Of a DNA stretch of 64,000 nucleotides, positions 1 to 12,458 are shown in pieces (the stretch's first letter is position 1; every line of letters begins with the position of its first letter). The stretch lies in contig NC_043018.1 in the NCBI RefSeq assembly GCF_006345805.1, forward strand, positions 7,936,001 to 8,000,000, in the 5' to 3' direction. A program made the translations under genes and the position numbers. The notes under the pieces were generated by a model, which saw only the letters and a list, made by a program, of their open reading frames with translations, ran no database searches and had not been told where the DNA came from. The stretch is from Octopus sinensis (taxonomy: Eukaryota).

Positions 1-272
1 AGGCTTGCTCTTCCTTCCATAGAATAAAAAATTCAAATCGGACCATGTTAACACCAAAAATTATTTACTTCAGAAAGGTGCTTTTTTTCTATGAAAATCC
101 CTATTTTTTACGATTTTTTCACTGCTGTGTTGCCATTTTTCGGTGTATTTCAACCCGAAAAATGTTCACTTAAGGAGAATAACAAGCTACATAATGCAAA
201 ATTTTTTCTTTTCAAAAATTCCAATTCTAAAGGGTCAAAACAAACCCAAGCAACGCCGGGCGATACTGCTAG
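1..272 (+). mobile_element. Non-autonomous Helitron, 3' part
   Basis: Ends gcaacgccgggcgatactgCTAG|t; same family as 38202-38597. Confidence 0.7.
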
Positions 273-1085
273 TTCCTAAATATTTTTATTTTATTGGCTT
301 CCACAGTCTATAAGGTGTTTTTGCACAATAGATGTATTCTTGCTTTTATTCTTTTTTTTACGTGTTTCAGTCATTAGACTGCGGCCATGCTGGAGCACTG
401 CCTTAAAGAAATTTAGTCAAGTGAATCAACCCTAGTACTTTTTTTCAAGCCTGGTACTATTGGTCTCTTTAGCCAAACTGCTAAGTTACAGGGACATAAG
501 CAAACCAACACCGGTTGTCAAGCAGTGAGGGGGACAAACACAGACACATGTATATATATATATATATATATATATCACAGTCTTCTTTCAGTTTCTTTCT
601 ACTAAATCCAGTCACAAAGCTTTGGTCGGCCCAAGGCTATAGTAGAAGACACTTGCCCAAGGTACCATGTAGTGAGACTGAACCCGGAATCATGTCGTTG
701 GGAAGAAAGTTCCTTTGCCTGTGTTTTATATGTAATTATTAAATTAGATTTATAATCCCCTTTATTGGGTTTTGTTATGGTGCGTGGTGTGTGGAAAAAT
801 TGGTTTGCATGAAACCGGTTCAGGGTGCAAAAAATTGCGGGAATAATAAGCAGGTTGAACCCTACACTTTTTAAGCTCTGGATTACAGGACCTGTTCAAC
901 ATCAACAACTAAGAGATTAATAAAAAAAGCACCTTGCACAAATATTTGCTTGCCTGACTGTCATTGAAGCTAACAAAACTGTAATTTAATAAAACTAGGT
1001 CAACAGATATAAAACCACTCTTTGATATATCCCAGTTCTTAAACAGTTTTCAAATATTTATGCATTTATGGGTGTATTTAGGAAA

Positions 1086-1480
1086 CTGTGGCTGTGTGGT
1101 AAGTAGCTTGCTGACCAACCACATGGTTCCAGGTTCAGTCCCATTGTGTGGCATCTTGGGCAAGTGTCTTCTGCTATAGCCCCGAGCTGACCAATGCCTT
1201 GTGAGTGGATTTGGTAGACAGAAACTGAAAGAAGCCTGTCGTATATATGTATATATATATATGTATATGTGTGTGTCTGTTTCTGTGTCTGTGTTTGTCC
1301 CCCTAGCATTGCTTAACAACCGATGCTGGTGTGTTTACGTCCCCGTCACTTAGCGGTTTGGCAAAAGAGACCGATAGAATAAGTACTGGGCTTACAAAGA
1401 ATAAGTCCCGGGGTCGATTTGCTCAACTAAAGGCGGTGCTCCAGCATGGCCTTAGTCAAATGACTGAAACAAGTAAAAGA
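1086..1480 (+). mobile_element. Dominant bipartite tRNA-derived SINE (head + (TA)n(TG)n + 3' half); representative copy
   Basis: ggagtggctgtgtggtaagtagcttgc...gggttcagtccc head. Other copies about 345-715(-), 3163-3570(-), 4780-5175(-), 5715-6097(-), 7480-8080(+, tandem), 12593-13030, 13525-13930, 18320-18715, 25354-25758(-), 26432-26837, 35700-35925, 42778-43205, 45395-45795, plus unit-2 copies. Confidence 0.85.
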
Positions 1481-1744
1481 TTATAGAGAAGGTGCACAGG
1501 TGCATAGAGAAGAGGTCCTGCTGGTTCATTTTTTTCTTTTTTTTTTCAATAGAAGTTTTCCATAAAAGATATCAGAGGAAGAAGGGCAGTGCTTGTGACT
1601 GGTTTATCTAGGGCCTCAGGTTAGGTTGGGCTGGAATAAAGGGACTGATAGGAAGCCAGGAAGAATTTACGCTTGAACAAGAGACCTGACCTAAATGCTC
1701 ATGACATTTGAGTAGACTCCATGAAAGGCATTCATAGACCAGGT

Positions 1745-1945
1745 AGTAGTATTAAGCTGAATGATGTGTATATGTATATCTGTGTGTGTATGCGTGTGTG
1801 TGTGTGTGTGTGTGTGTATTGGTATGTGTGTGGGCATATGTGTATGTATGAGTAAACACACCAACACCAAGCAGTGTTGGGAGACAAACACAAAGACAGA
1901 CTTATATCTATCTATTATTCTATCTATCTATATATATGTATATAT

Positions 1946-1983
<38 letters not shown>

Positions 1984-1986
1984 GTG

Positions 1987-2031
<45 letters not shown>

Positions 2032-2071
2032 ATCTGTGTTTGTGTGTTGGTATGTGTGTATGTGTATGAAT

Positions 2072-2106
<35 letters not shown>

Positions 2107-2195
2107 AACCCACCAACACCAAGCGGTGGTGGAAGACAAACACAGACAGAAAGACACACACTTATAGATATCTATCTATCTGTGTGTGTGTGTCA
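1745..2195. repeat. Compound (TG)n/(TA)n/(CA)n microsatellite block
   Basis: Direct reading; source of the spurious YI/CV/HT ORFs. Confidence 0.95.
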
Positions 2196-2406
2196 GGTTT
2201 CTTTCAGTTTCCATCTAACAAATCCACTGAAAAAGCTTTGGTTACTTGCCCAAGGTGCCATGCATTGGGACTGTACCAGGAATCCTGTGGTTGGGAAGCC
2301 AATTTCTTACCACATACATATATATATACAGAAGTGTAACATCCATGGCTTTAAGTGTAAGAAGTTTATAAGCTTCAAGCTGTCTTTGACAGGTATAGAG
2401 ATCAGT

Positions 2407-2631
2407 TTTAAGGCGGTGAGCTGGCAGAATCGTTAGCACGTTGGGCGAAATGCTTAGCGGTATTTCGGCTGCCGTAACATTGTGAGTTCAAATTCCGCCG
2501 AGGTCGACTTTGCCTTTCATCCTTTCAGGGTCGATAAATTAAGCACCAGGTACGCACTGGGATCGATGTAATCGACTTAATACCTATGTTTGTCCCCTCT
2601 ATGTTTAGCCCCTTCTGGGTAATAAAGAAAT
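2407..2631 (+). mobile_element. CORE-type tRNA-derived SINE with 16-bp TSD
   Basis: TSD aggtatagagatcagt (2391-2406, 2632-2647); CORE-like gcctttcatcctttcggggtcgataaattaagtaccag. Other copies about 2884-3110(-), 6600-6760, 10243-10838, 15781-16052(-), 41822-42056, 63233-63470. Confidence 0.85.
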
Positions 2632-4068
2632 AGGTATAGAGATCAGTGTATGACCTGGAACAATATTAATTTATCCGCATGAAAGTCTACACACTTTTTC
2701 CCATAACGAAGTTACAAGAAATTTGATAAAATTAAAATTTCTGTATAGCTCAGGGTTAGCAAGATGTATTGATACAAATGTGAATAAAAATCTGAATTGA
2801 GGAAGTGGAACAGGTCAAATGCAGGCTACACACGTTTCTTAGCTAGCTGGTCCTGAACTTAACTAATCATCAGGCTGAGAATACCTATTTCTTTACTACC
2901 CACAAGGGGCTAAACACAGAGGGGATAAACGAGGACAGACATAGGTATTAAGTCGATTACATCGACTCCAGTGTGAAACTGGTACTTTATTTATCGACCC
3001 CAAAAGGATGAAAGGCAAAGTTGACCTCGGCGGAATTTGAACTCAGAACGTAGCGGCAGATGAAATACCGCTAAGCATTTCGCCGGCACACTAACGGTTC
3101 TGCCATCTTCACGTCTGCGGTGAGTTAACTTGGAAATTCCAAGCAACAATGTAACCTTCATTTTATTACTCTTTTACTTGTTTCAGTCATGTGACAGTGG
3201 CCATGCTGGAGCACCGCCTTTAGTCGAGCAAATCGACCCCAGGACTTATTCTTTGTAAGCCTAGTACTTATTCTATCAGTCTCTTTTGCTGAACTGCTAA
3301 GTTATGGGGACATAAACACACCAGCATCAGTCGACAAGCAATGCTAGGGGGACAAACACAGACACACACACATATACACACATACATACATATATATATA
3401 TTCATATATACGAGGGGCTTCTTTCAGTTTCTGTCTACCAAATCCACTCACAAGGCTTTGGTCGGCCCGAGGCTATAGCAGAAGACACTTGCCCAAGATG
3501 CCATGCAGTGGGACTGAACCCGGAACCATGTGGTTGTTAAGCAAGCTACTTACACAGCCACTCCAATGCCTATCAAGGTATTCTCAACCTGATGATTAGA
3601 AAATAGTCTAATAGTGGGGCATATAAACTTATGATGGAAAAATGATGGGTATTAGTACATGTAGGAATTGAACCCACATCTCTCATTTTCATGTAATAAG
3701 TGTGGGTTTGATCCCCACGTCTACTAATACCCATTTTTTTCTGTCATGCATATAAAGGGTAATGACCCCCTTCGGTTATGAATGACCATGAGATTGCACA
3801 AGTCCAGACAAGGTTGTTTATGGAAGGCCAGCAGCCTCCCTTCGCCACAGCACCGATGTTATTTAAGGGAAAGGCAAAAATCCAATACAACTTGGCACCA
3901 GTGATGTTGCAACTCATTTCTACAGCTGAGTCGACTAGGGCAACATGAAATAAAGTGTCTTGCTCAAGAGCACAACACACAGCCCAGTCCAGGAATTGAA
4001 CACATTACCTCATAGCTGTAAGCCCAATGCTCTAACCACTGAGCCATGCACCTTCACAGAAGTGTGAG

Positions 4069-4182
4069 ATGCTTACAGCACCTAGGTTTCCCAAATGGTC
4101 ACCCATCTAAGTACTCACTAGCTTTTACGTTGCTTAACTTCAGTGATCAGATGAGAACCAGTGTTTTCAATGTGATATGGCC
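4069..4182 (-). pseudogene. 5S rRNA pseudogene (or 5S-derived SINE head)
   Basis: Minus strand ggccatatcacattgaaaacactggttctcatctgatcactgaagttaagcaacg...agtacttagatgggtgacc..gggaa..gtgctgtaagcat matches metazoan 5S; many changes are CpG decay; no T-run terminator. Confidence 0.85.
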
Positions 4183-4214
4183 ACCCCAATATTCGACTAT
4201 TTTCTATGGTCAAA

Positions 4215-4570
4215 TCAAATCAAAATCAAAATCGATCAACATCAATGGAAATTGTAGCTGTGATACCAGTGCCGGTGGTACGTAAGAGAACCATCTGAAT
4301 GTGGCCGCTGCCCTGACTGGTCTCCGTGCAGGTGGCACATAAAAAGCACCATCCGATCGAGGCCGTTTGCCAGCCTCGTCTGGCACGTAAAAAGCACCCA
4401 CTACACTTATGGAGTGGTTGGTGTTAGGAAGGGCATCCAGCCGTAGAAACATTGCCAGATCAGACTGGGCCTGGTGCAGCCTTCTGGCTTCCCAGACCCC
4501 AGTTGAACTGTCCAACCCATGCTATCATGGAAAGCGGATGCTAAACGATGATGACGATGATGATGATGAA
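4215..4570 (+). mobile_element. RTE-type 3' UTR/SINE family with (GAT)n tail
   Basis: gttaggaagggcatccagctgtagaaac...gttaaacgatgatgat. Copies about 5420-5515, 8975-9215, 28180-28400, 29460-29800, 35985-36560 (linked to RTE C-terminal peptide DEVVKYDLRMLSLTEAMTKDRDLWR), 37025-37735, 38020-38162. Confidence 0.7.
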
Positions 4571-5242
4571 TATACAGTTAAAATTTATATTTACAAAATT
4601 TACACTTGTCACCATTTCTTAACTTTCACAAAATAAAAAACACAAACTATAATTCTGGCAACAGTCATGTTTGTCTTGAATTTAAAGTTTTACTTAACTC
4701 TACGTGTGACTCCTTTATGAGCTCAATCTTTTATATTTATCTTTTTTTCTTTTCTTTTTCTTTTTTTTTATTTTATACTCTTTTTGCTCTTTTACTTGTT
4801 TCAGTCATTTGACTGTGGCCATGCTGGAGCACCGCCTTTAATCAAGCAACTCGACCCCAGGACTTATTCTTTTGTAAGCCCAGTACTTATTCTATCAGTC
4901 TCTTTTGCTGAACCGCTAAGTAACGGGGACATAAACACACCAGCATCGGTTGTCAAGCAATGCTAGGGGGACACACACAAATACGCACACGCATATATAT
5001 ATACATATATACGACGGGCTTCTTTCAGTTTCCGTCTACCAAATCCACTCACAAGGCTTTGGTCGGCCCAAGGCTATAGTAGAAGACACTTGCCCAAGGC
5101 GCCACGCAGTGGGACTGAACCTGGAACCATGTGGTTGGTAAACAAGCTACTTACCACACAGCCACTCCTGCGCCTATTGATCTTTTTTTCTTTTCTTTTT
5201 ATTTTATATTGATCCTTTTTTCTTTTCTTTTTATTTAAACAG

Positions 5243-5289
5243 CATATATCAAGACATGTCTTTAGAAAATGGACCGGATGGATCTAGTG
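5243..5289 (+). CDS. Exon A (47 nt): xIYQDMSLENGPDGSS(D)
   Basis: Long T-rich tract, tttaaacag acceptor, gtaagt donor; open in the frame that joins exon B. Confidence 0.75.
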
Positions 5290-6169
5290 GTAAGTATAGT
5301 TTCATAACATTCTGTAAAACACCAAAACTGGAACTGAACATTCAAAAGTTCTTTCAAATTTAAATTTAAAGAAAATATTTTTCTATCAAGCTAATTTATC
5401 AAATAATTATTTTCAATTTGGAGCCTGGTGCAGCCACTGGCTCTCCAGACCTCAGTCAAGCTGTCCAACCCATGCCAACACGGAAAACAGACGTTAAACG
5501 ATGATGATGATGATTCAGTCGTACTGCCAAGGATACTGTTACACTTTCTGTCTTATCTCTTTCTCACGCTCTAGTATACACACACACACAGGCCACAAAC
5601 ACACACATACACACCACGAACACACATACAGAGCATAATTTTTATCTATCAATCTATCTCTCTATCTTTCTCTCTATCTCTATCGTTCTATCTTAGTATA
5701 TATATATCCTTGTATTTTTTACTTGTTTCAGTCATTTGACTGCGGCCATGCTGGAGCACCGACTTGCAGGGTTCTAGTCAAACAAATCGACCCAGGACTT
5801 ACTTTTTTTTAAAACCTGGTACTTACTCTTTTGGTTTCTTTTGCAGAGAAGCTAAGTTATAGGGACGTAAACACACCAACACCAGTTATCTTGCGGTGAT
5901 GGGAGTACAGACACAAAGACACACACACATGCACGCACATATACGACAGGCTTCTTTCAGTTTCCATCACCAAATTCACTCACAAGGCTTTGGTCAACCA
6001 GAGGCTACAGTAGAAAACATTTGCCCAAGGTGCCACAAAGTGGGACTGAACTCAGAACCATGTGGTTGGGAAGCAAGCTTCTTGACGCACAGCCACAGGA
6101 AAGAGAGAGATAAAATATATAGATAATTAAATCACTGTATCATTATATCAACCAGGCTCTCAGATGTTA

Positions 6170-6600
6170 TACACCACTGGTCACATTGCACTTCCAATTC
6201 TTTCTTGATTGCACTACTCTTTTCCATCTTGTCCCAAATCATTTAAGAAAATCATCTTTGCATCATCATGGAGGCCTTCCATGTAGCTGTTACCAGTCTC
6301 ATGAATATCTCTCAGCAATTGCTCAAGTCCACCTATTATGAACCATGTGACATGTCCATCCCAGTGAAACTTATACTTTTGGTATTCTGCGACCATATCT
6401 TTTACTCATTCTGTTCTCAAATTACCTCATATGAGATATACTCTCACAATGATGTTCCTAGCATGGATCTTTCCATGGTCCTTTTTGTTGTAACCAATCA
6501 AAAGTGGTCCACATCTCACTTATATATAAGTGCGCAAGCAGGACGTCTATTGAAGAGACTGGCACACAGGGCCTTGTCCAGCTTTGCTTTGAGCATCATC
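6170..6600 (-). mobile_element. Degraded RTE-clade LINE RT C-terminal fragment
   Basis: MERSMLG...KFHWDGHV, with stops and frameshifts. Confidence 0.65.
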
Positions 6601-6777
6601 TGACAAGAACGCATGGCTGAAATGCTTAGCGGTATTTCGTCTGTTGTTACATTCTGAATTCAAATTCCGCCGAGGTCGACTTTGCCTTTCATCCTTTCGG
6701 GGTCAATAAATAAAGTACCAGTTACGCACTGAGGTAGATGTAATCGACTTAATCCATTAGGTCCAACACTTTAGACA

Positions 6778-7393
6778 CAAGGGGGTAGTGAAAAGTTCTT
6801 GGCTTCAAAGGTATCATGAAAGGCCTGGTTGAAGGCACAACCTTCTGAGTTCTTTTATAGGGATTAAAAAAACTAAAGACCACTACAATAAGTGGGTGAA
6901 TTTGAGAGAGGAATATCTTTATATATAAAAGACAGGTTGTGTGCTGTCTGTCTCCTACGATTTAGATTCCTAACTACTCCCACATTTTGCGGTGCAGTGT
7001 AACCAAAACCGGGTATCTCATAGTCGTGATTCATATCGAGCCCTTCTGAGTATTAGCGCGCGTCTATGATGAGTCTACGATTTTAAAAAAAATTTACCAT
7101 CAATTTTTCCCATTTCTAATGCATTTTTGGCATATATAGGGGAAGTAACTCTCTAAAAATTTATTATTAAATCTCAGAACGTAAAAAGCCACAGTACCGC
7201 CCCCCCCTTTTGTGGTTAGCCATATTGAGATGGCTATTATACTTTACATCTCTAAAAATGCTTATATAGTTATTTCCCTTACAAACCCGAGCAACGCCGG
7301 GCGATACTGCTAGTGTTGTATAAAATCATAATTAACTGATCCTCCTGTATTTGGACAAAAGCCCAAAGCCAGGATCTTTTCGGCATCCCCTCA
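6778..7393. mobile_element. Mariner-type MITE/deletion derivative
   Basis: Imperfect TIRs caagggggtagtgaaaagttcttggct / agccaggatctttttcggcatcccctca; TA on the right; internal remnant resembles a mariner transposase C-terminus. Confidence 0.6.
6916..7313 (+). mobile_element. Non-autonomous Helitron nested in a mariner-derived MITE
   Basis: a|TC...GC-rich hairpin...CTAG|t with no TSD; removing it restores gaata+tgttg. Confidence 0.8.
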
Positions 7394-8697
7394 TAAGACA
7401 GTTTGTTTCAGTTTTCCTTCTTAGAACTTCATCCATCTTCCAGGCTCATTTTATCTTTTCTCTAACTAATAGGCATAGAAGTGGCTGTGTGGTAAGTAGC
7501 TTGCTTACCAACCACATGGTTCTGGGTTCAGTCCCACTGCGTGGCACCTTGGGCAAGTGTCTTCAACTGTAGCCTCGGGCCGACCAAAGCCTTGTGAGTA
7601 GATTTGGTAGACGGAAACTGAAAGAAGCCCATCGTATATATATGTATATATATATAGGTGCAGGAGTGGCTGTGTGGTAAGTAGCTTGCTTACCAACCAC
7701 ATGGTTCCGGGTTCAGTCCCACTGCATGGCACCTTGGGCAAGTGTCTTCAACTATAGCCTCGGGCCGACCAAAGCCTTGTGAGTGGATTTGGTAGACAGA
7801 AACTGAAAGAAGCCCGTCGTATATATGTATATATATATATATATTTGTGTGTGTGTGTTGTGTGTCTGTGTTTGTTCCCCCAACATCGCTTGACAACAGA
7901 TGCTGCTGTGTTTACGTCCCCGTAACTTAGCGGTTCGGCAAAAGAGACCGACAGAATAAGTACTAGGCTTACAAAGAATAAATCCTGGTGTTGATTTGCT
8001 CGACTAAATAGGTGGTGCTCCAGCATGGCCACAGTCAAATGACTGAAACAAGTAAAAGAGTAAAAGAGTAAAGAGTAATACGTCCAAAAGTTAAACAAGG
8101 AAGTAGATAGAGCATTAACAATTCCATGGTGGCAGAAGGTGAATTGGCAGAGTCATTAGAACATCAACCAGAGTCTCTATAAAGTACCAGTTCCGTAATG
8201 GGAATCAATTCTTTGCTCCCTCCTTCCCCCTCTCTCTCTTCCCTTTTCTCCCCCTCTCTACCTCTTCACTCCTCTCACACTTCCCATTGCCCCCCCCCCC
8301 CATCTCCCCCTCTGTCTGGAAGAAATTCAAGTCGAACCCCGAGAGGGATTGGTTCCACCAAGTCTGAATGTTTTGAGACACACACAAACTGCATATCCTG
8401 TTAGAGCCTTTTGGAACCAGGAACTGAACACTCAAGGCAAGACAAGATATCCTCTTTGAGTACAGTCAATTGTAAACAAATAACCCTGGCGTCTCACTCA
8501 AGAAGATTGTTGTACTCTTGGTCTCTTATATGCCACAAAAACCAGGTAACAAGCCCAATGTCTAGTGACTGATGATGATAATAATGATGATGATGATAAT
8601 GATGATGATGATATATTCTTACAATATGTTCCAGATTACTATTACATATTCAAGTTCCATTATAATTTTTTTAAATATTTTTTTTTTTCTTTTTCAG

Positions 8698-8723
8698 ACG
8701 ATGGCTGGTCTGATGACCATTTT
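8698..8723 (+). CDS. Exon B, 26-nt microexon: (D)DGWSDDHF
   Basis: tttttttcttttttcag acceptor, gtaagt donor; phase 1 to 0. Confidence 0.8.
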
Positions 8724-9248
8724 GTAAGTATACTTTTATTTTTGTAATTAATAGCAAGGAATTTAATTATTTCATTAATTATATGTCACTTAACTTATAA
8801 TTAGACAATTATGAATTAACTGCTTGTGGTTGGGAATATATGTGATGTCATACATGGGTACACAAGCAATTTAATTGAGCATTTAATTTTACATTTAACA
8901 GTATTGTTGTTGGAAATTTGTGTTAAAGCAATAATATACATGGTTACATGACAAGAAATCTAATTTTTGTATTAGCGCCGCCTTGACTGGCTTCTGTACC
9001 GGTGGCATGTAAAAAGCACCAACCAATCGTGGCCGTTGCCAGCCTCACCTGGCACGTAAAAAGCACCTACTACACTCACAGAGTGGTTGGCGTTAGGAAG
9101 GGCATCCAGCTGTAGAAACACTGTCAGATCAGACTGGAGCCCGATGCAGCCTTCTGGCTTCCCAGACCCCGGTCGAACCATCCAACCCATGCCAGCATGG
9201 AAAACGGACATTAAACAATGATTAACAATACATTAATGATATATGCAG

Positions 9249-9288
<40 letters not shown>

Positions 9289-9293
<5 letters not shown>

Positions 9294-10050
9294 ATCCAAA
9301 CATGAAAACGCAAAGAGAAAACACAACAACGCGAGGACATGGAACAAATATAGTATTATTGGACGCTCAGGAAGGAAAGGAAGAAGGAGGGTTTAACGTT
9401 TTGAGCGGAGCTCTTTGTCGGAAACATAGGAGAAGGGAAGACAGAGGGAAAAAAATCGCCAACGGTACACACGCGGTCATAGTATGGGGGTTTAGTTCAC
9501 AGGTGATTTAAACAATTAGATATGCTAGGTAAGTGCTGTAACAGATGACTAGGGCTCCAAGATTATAGCCGAGACGGTAGTTGTGGCGCCATTGCAGATT
9601 TTTGATGCAGCAGATATATAATTGTTAAAAAGGACAACAAACATTAAGGCAAGGCAAACGTCTCAAGTCATATACAAGGTTATTCTTGGGAAAAATTCAA
9701 AGTCTTACAGCTGTTTCTGGGATATCCCAAGTATGAGATATTCCATCATCAGAGACGAATAGGGAAAAATAGGGAGAATGTGAATGGTATATATTAATGA
9801 GAGGACAACGGAGAGGAAGGGAATAAAAGAATAAGGAAATGGAGAGAAAGAAGAAAAAAGAAGCATAAAAGTTCATAGTGTCACTTTCCGATGTTGTAGA
9901 AGAAAGAGCACGAGTCCTTCGATGCAATCCTGCATAGATCCATGGATTGCGTCTCAGGACTTATGATCTTATATGTAACATAACTTATAATTATAACATC
10001 CAATGATGAACTACAGAGTAATATAAAAAAGATCTTTCATTGAATGATTT
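9289..10050 (-). mobile_element. Penelope-type 3' end/pLTR fragments with two hammerhead motifs (degenerate one at ~9390-9425)
   Basis: Abuts (TA)n at 9251-9288; pyrimidine-rich 3' UTR-like tract on the minus strand; hammerhead motifs. Confidence 0.55.
9702..9756 (-). ncRNA. Type I hammerhead ribozyme motif with complete core
   Basis: Minus strand GUCU-CUGAUGA-UGGAAUAUCUCA uacu UGGGAUAUCCCA-GAAA-CAGCUG-UA-AGAC: stem I GUCU/AGAC, long stem II, palindromic stem III, GUA site. Confidence 0.8.
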
Positions 10051-10091
10051 GGTTGGACAGGTTCTGTAGTTATGTCTAGATGAGAGTGATA

Positions 10092-10129
<38 letters not shown>

Positions 10130-10242
10130 AAGTGAATGCATGCAAGTGTCATTTGTCGTTGTTTAGTCTTTATGAAGCAGTTTGGTCATTTATGTTGCAG
10201 ATTCTTCATATTTGGTGGGTATGACATCAGCTGATATTCAGC

Positions 10243-10838
10243 ATCATCTGACAAGAACACGTGGCTGAAATGCTTAGCGGTATTTTGTCTGCCACTACGT
10301 TCTAAGTTCAAATTCCACCAAGGCTGACTTTGCCTTTCATCCTTTTGGGGTCGATAAATTAAGTACCAGTTACGCACTGGGGTAGATGTAATCAACTTAA
10401 TCCGTTTGTCTGTCCTTGTTTGTCCTCTCTGTGTTTAGCCCCTTGTGGGTAGTAAAGAAATAAGTATTTCGTCTGTCATTACGTTCTGAGTTCAAATTCC
10501 GCCGAGGTCGACTTTACCTTTCATCCTTTCGGGGTCGATAAATAAAGTACCAGTTTCGCACTGGGGTTGATATAATCAACTAATCAAGTTAATCCCATTG
10601 TCTTTCCTTGTTTGTCCTCTCTGTGTTTAGCCCCTTGTGGGTAGTAAAGAAATAGGTATTTCGTCTGTCATTACGTTCTGAGTTCAAATTCTGCCGAGGT
10701 CGACTTCGCCTTTCATCCTTTTGGGGTCGATAAATAAAGTACCAGTTTCGCACTGGGGTCGATGTAATCGACTTAATCCGTTTGTCTGTCCTTGTTTGTC
10801 CCCACTATATTTAGCCCCTTGCGGGCAATAAAGAAATA
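10243..10838 (+). repeat. Head-to-tail trimer of CORE-type SINE (~190-bp unit)
   Basis: Junctions aaagaaata(a/g)gtatttcgtctg at ~10460 and ~10650. Confidence 0.85.
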
Positions 10839-11889
10839 TATATTTTGTTCTCTGTTTTTACTATCTACTCTGCTTTCAGACATTTTCTATTTCTATCAGT
10901 TTGCTTTTTTAAAACTTGACTGATTTGTAATCAGTAACTTCAATCTGCTAGTTTATTGGTAGCTCCACATTCAGTTTGAAACGATCTGCTTTTTCATTGT
11001 CCTCGTTATCATCAGACAGAATTCGTTGAAGTGGATTTTCTGCAGCCCCATATCCTTTCTATTGCCAGCCCTCACCTGTTTCCAAATAAGGTAATATTTC
11101 TCCATGACCAGGCATGTTTTCATGGCAGATTGGAAATGAAGGACACTGCTTGCATGATGGTGACACTTGTTTACAGCTACCACGTGAAGTCAAGACAAGG
11201 AGACAGTAATATGCACACACATACATACATACATACATATATATACATATATATATATATATATAAATAATATATGAATATATGCATATATACATACATA
11301 TATGTACATACCTACATATATATGTATATATACTTGCATAAAAAACGCGTTAAACACAATGAGAAATGAAAACATAAAAACAAAAACATAGAAACAAACT
11401 TTTTTTCGAACAACGAAAAAAACAAACAGGTACACATGACATACAACATAAAGAATATTCCTCTTCTTCAGTTGTCCCTGTTTCATCTACTCTGCGTTTC
11501 AAAGGCAAGGACAAGACACAACTTCGTTGAAACAGTCCTTCCCGCAAAGCAAATTAAATAAAATTTGGGATTTTTTGTGGAGGGTGAAAGTGGTAACAAA
11601 AACAGGACAGTGAGAACAAAACAGTAAAAACAAACGGTGAGGGCTGTTAAGCCAAGACGTTAGAAAAATTATTCTGAACGCTTAGGAAGACGAGCTTCTC
11701 AAAGAGACAGTATAAGCACGTTTAGTCTTTACGAAGGTTGTGGGTAGAAAGGTAGATTCTCTTTTGTCGTCACGTGTCAGTGACGAGAGTCGAGGAGGAG
11801 GAGTGAGAGAGAGGGAACAATGAAGGGGAGAGGAGAAGAATAGGGAAAGGTGGGACAGAAAACCAGAAAGGATGACAAACAAGAGGGGA

Positions 11890-11941
<52 letters not shown>

Positions 11942-12052
11942 TTACTATCTCTTCTCTGTCTATCTCTCTTTTACAAAATAAACAAAAGACGAAGACAGGT
12001 GGTGTACAAAACAAACAGATGTATTAGTATAACGCTCAGGAATAGAAAAAGT

Positions 12053-12088
12053 CTTTTACGTTTCGAGCCTATGCTCTTCTACAGAAAG
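12053..12088 (-). ncRNA. Minimal hammerhead-like motif with variant core (CUGUAGA)
   Basis: CUUU-CUGUAGA-AGAGC auag GCUC-GAAA-CG-UA-AAAG; stems I and II pair, A6 position is U. Confidence 0.5.
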
Positions 12089-12209
12089 GGACACAGTAAA
12101 AACAAGTAGAGAAAAAAATGTGTGTAGTGGCTAACAATCTATCATAGCAACAGCCAGACAGAAGGGTCACACACGAGAGCATGTGTATATATATATACAC
12201 GTGTATATA

Positions 12210-12272
<63 letters not shown>

Positions 12273-12417
12273 GTATATACATACATACATACATACATAT
12301 ATTAATCTTCGTTTTGTATGTTCAGTTATGATAAAACCATTTTACATTAATCTGATGAAATTCTCTATAGTTTTCTTGAGTACAAGTTTATTATTCTTAA
12401 ACCAGAATGTTGTTGAT

Positions 12418-12458
12418 AGTGACTTCAAAGTTTCAGCCAGATAAACCATCATCAGACT
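12418..12458 (-). ncRNA. Hammerhead ribozyme motif, partly decayed
   Basis: AGU-CUGAUGA-UGGUUUAUCUGGCU-GAAA-CUUUGAAG-UC-ACU; core intact, stem II weak. Confidence 0.55.

Noticed and set aside
515-1319. Recurring ORFs ending RFLSVSVYQIHSQGFGRPEAIVEDTCPRCHAVGLNPEPCGW
   Set aside because: Antisense or sense frames of the dominant SINE, not a gene family
1691-2436. Many ORFs rich in YI/CV/HT repeats (also 11031-11295, 12069-12444, 22195-22722, 42795-43236)
   Set aside because: Translations of (TA)n, (TG)n and (CA)n microsatellites
9390-9425. Second hammerhead (ccgacaa-agagc-tcc-gctc-aaaa-cg-tt) near 9400
   Set aside because: Three core substitutions; kept only as evidence of PLE origin
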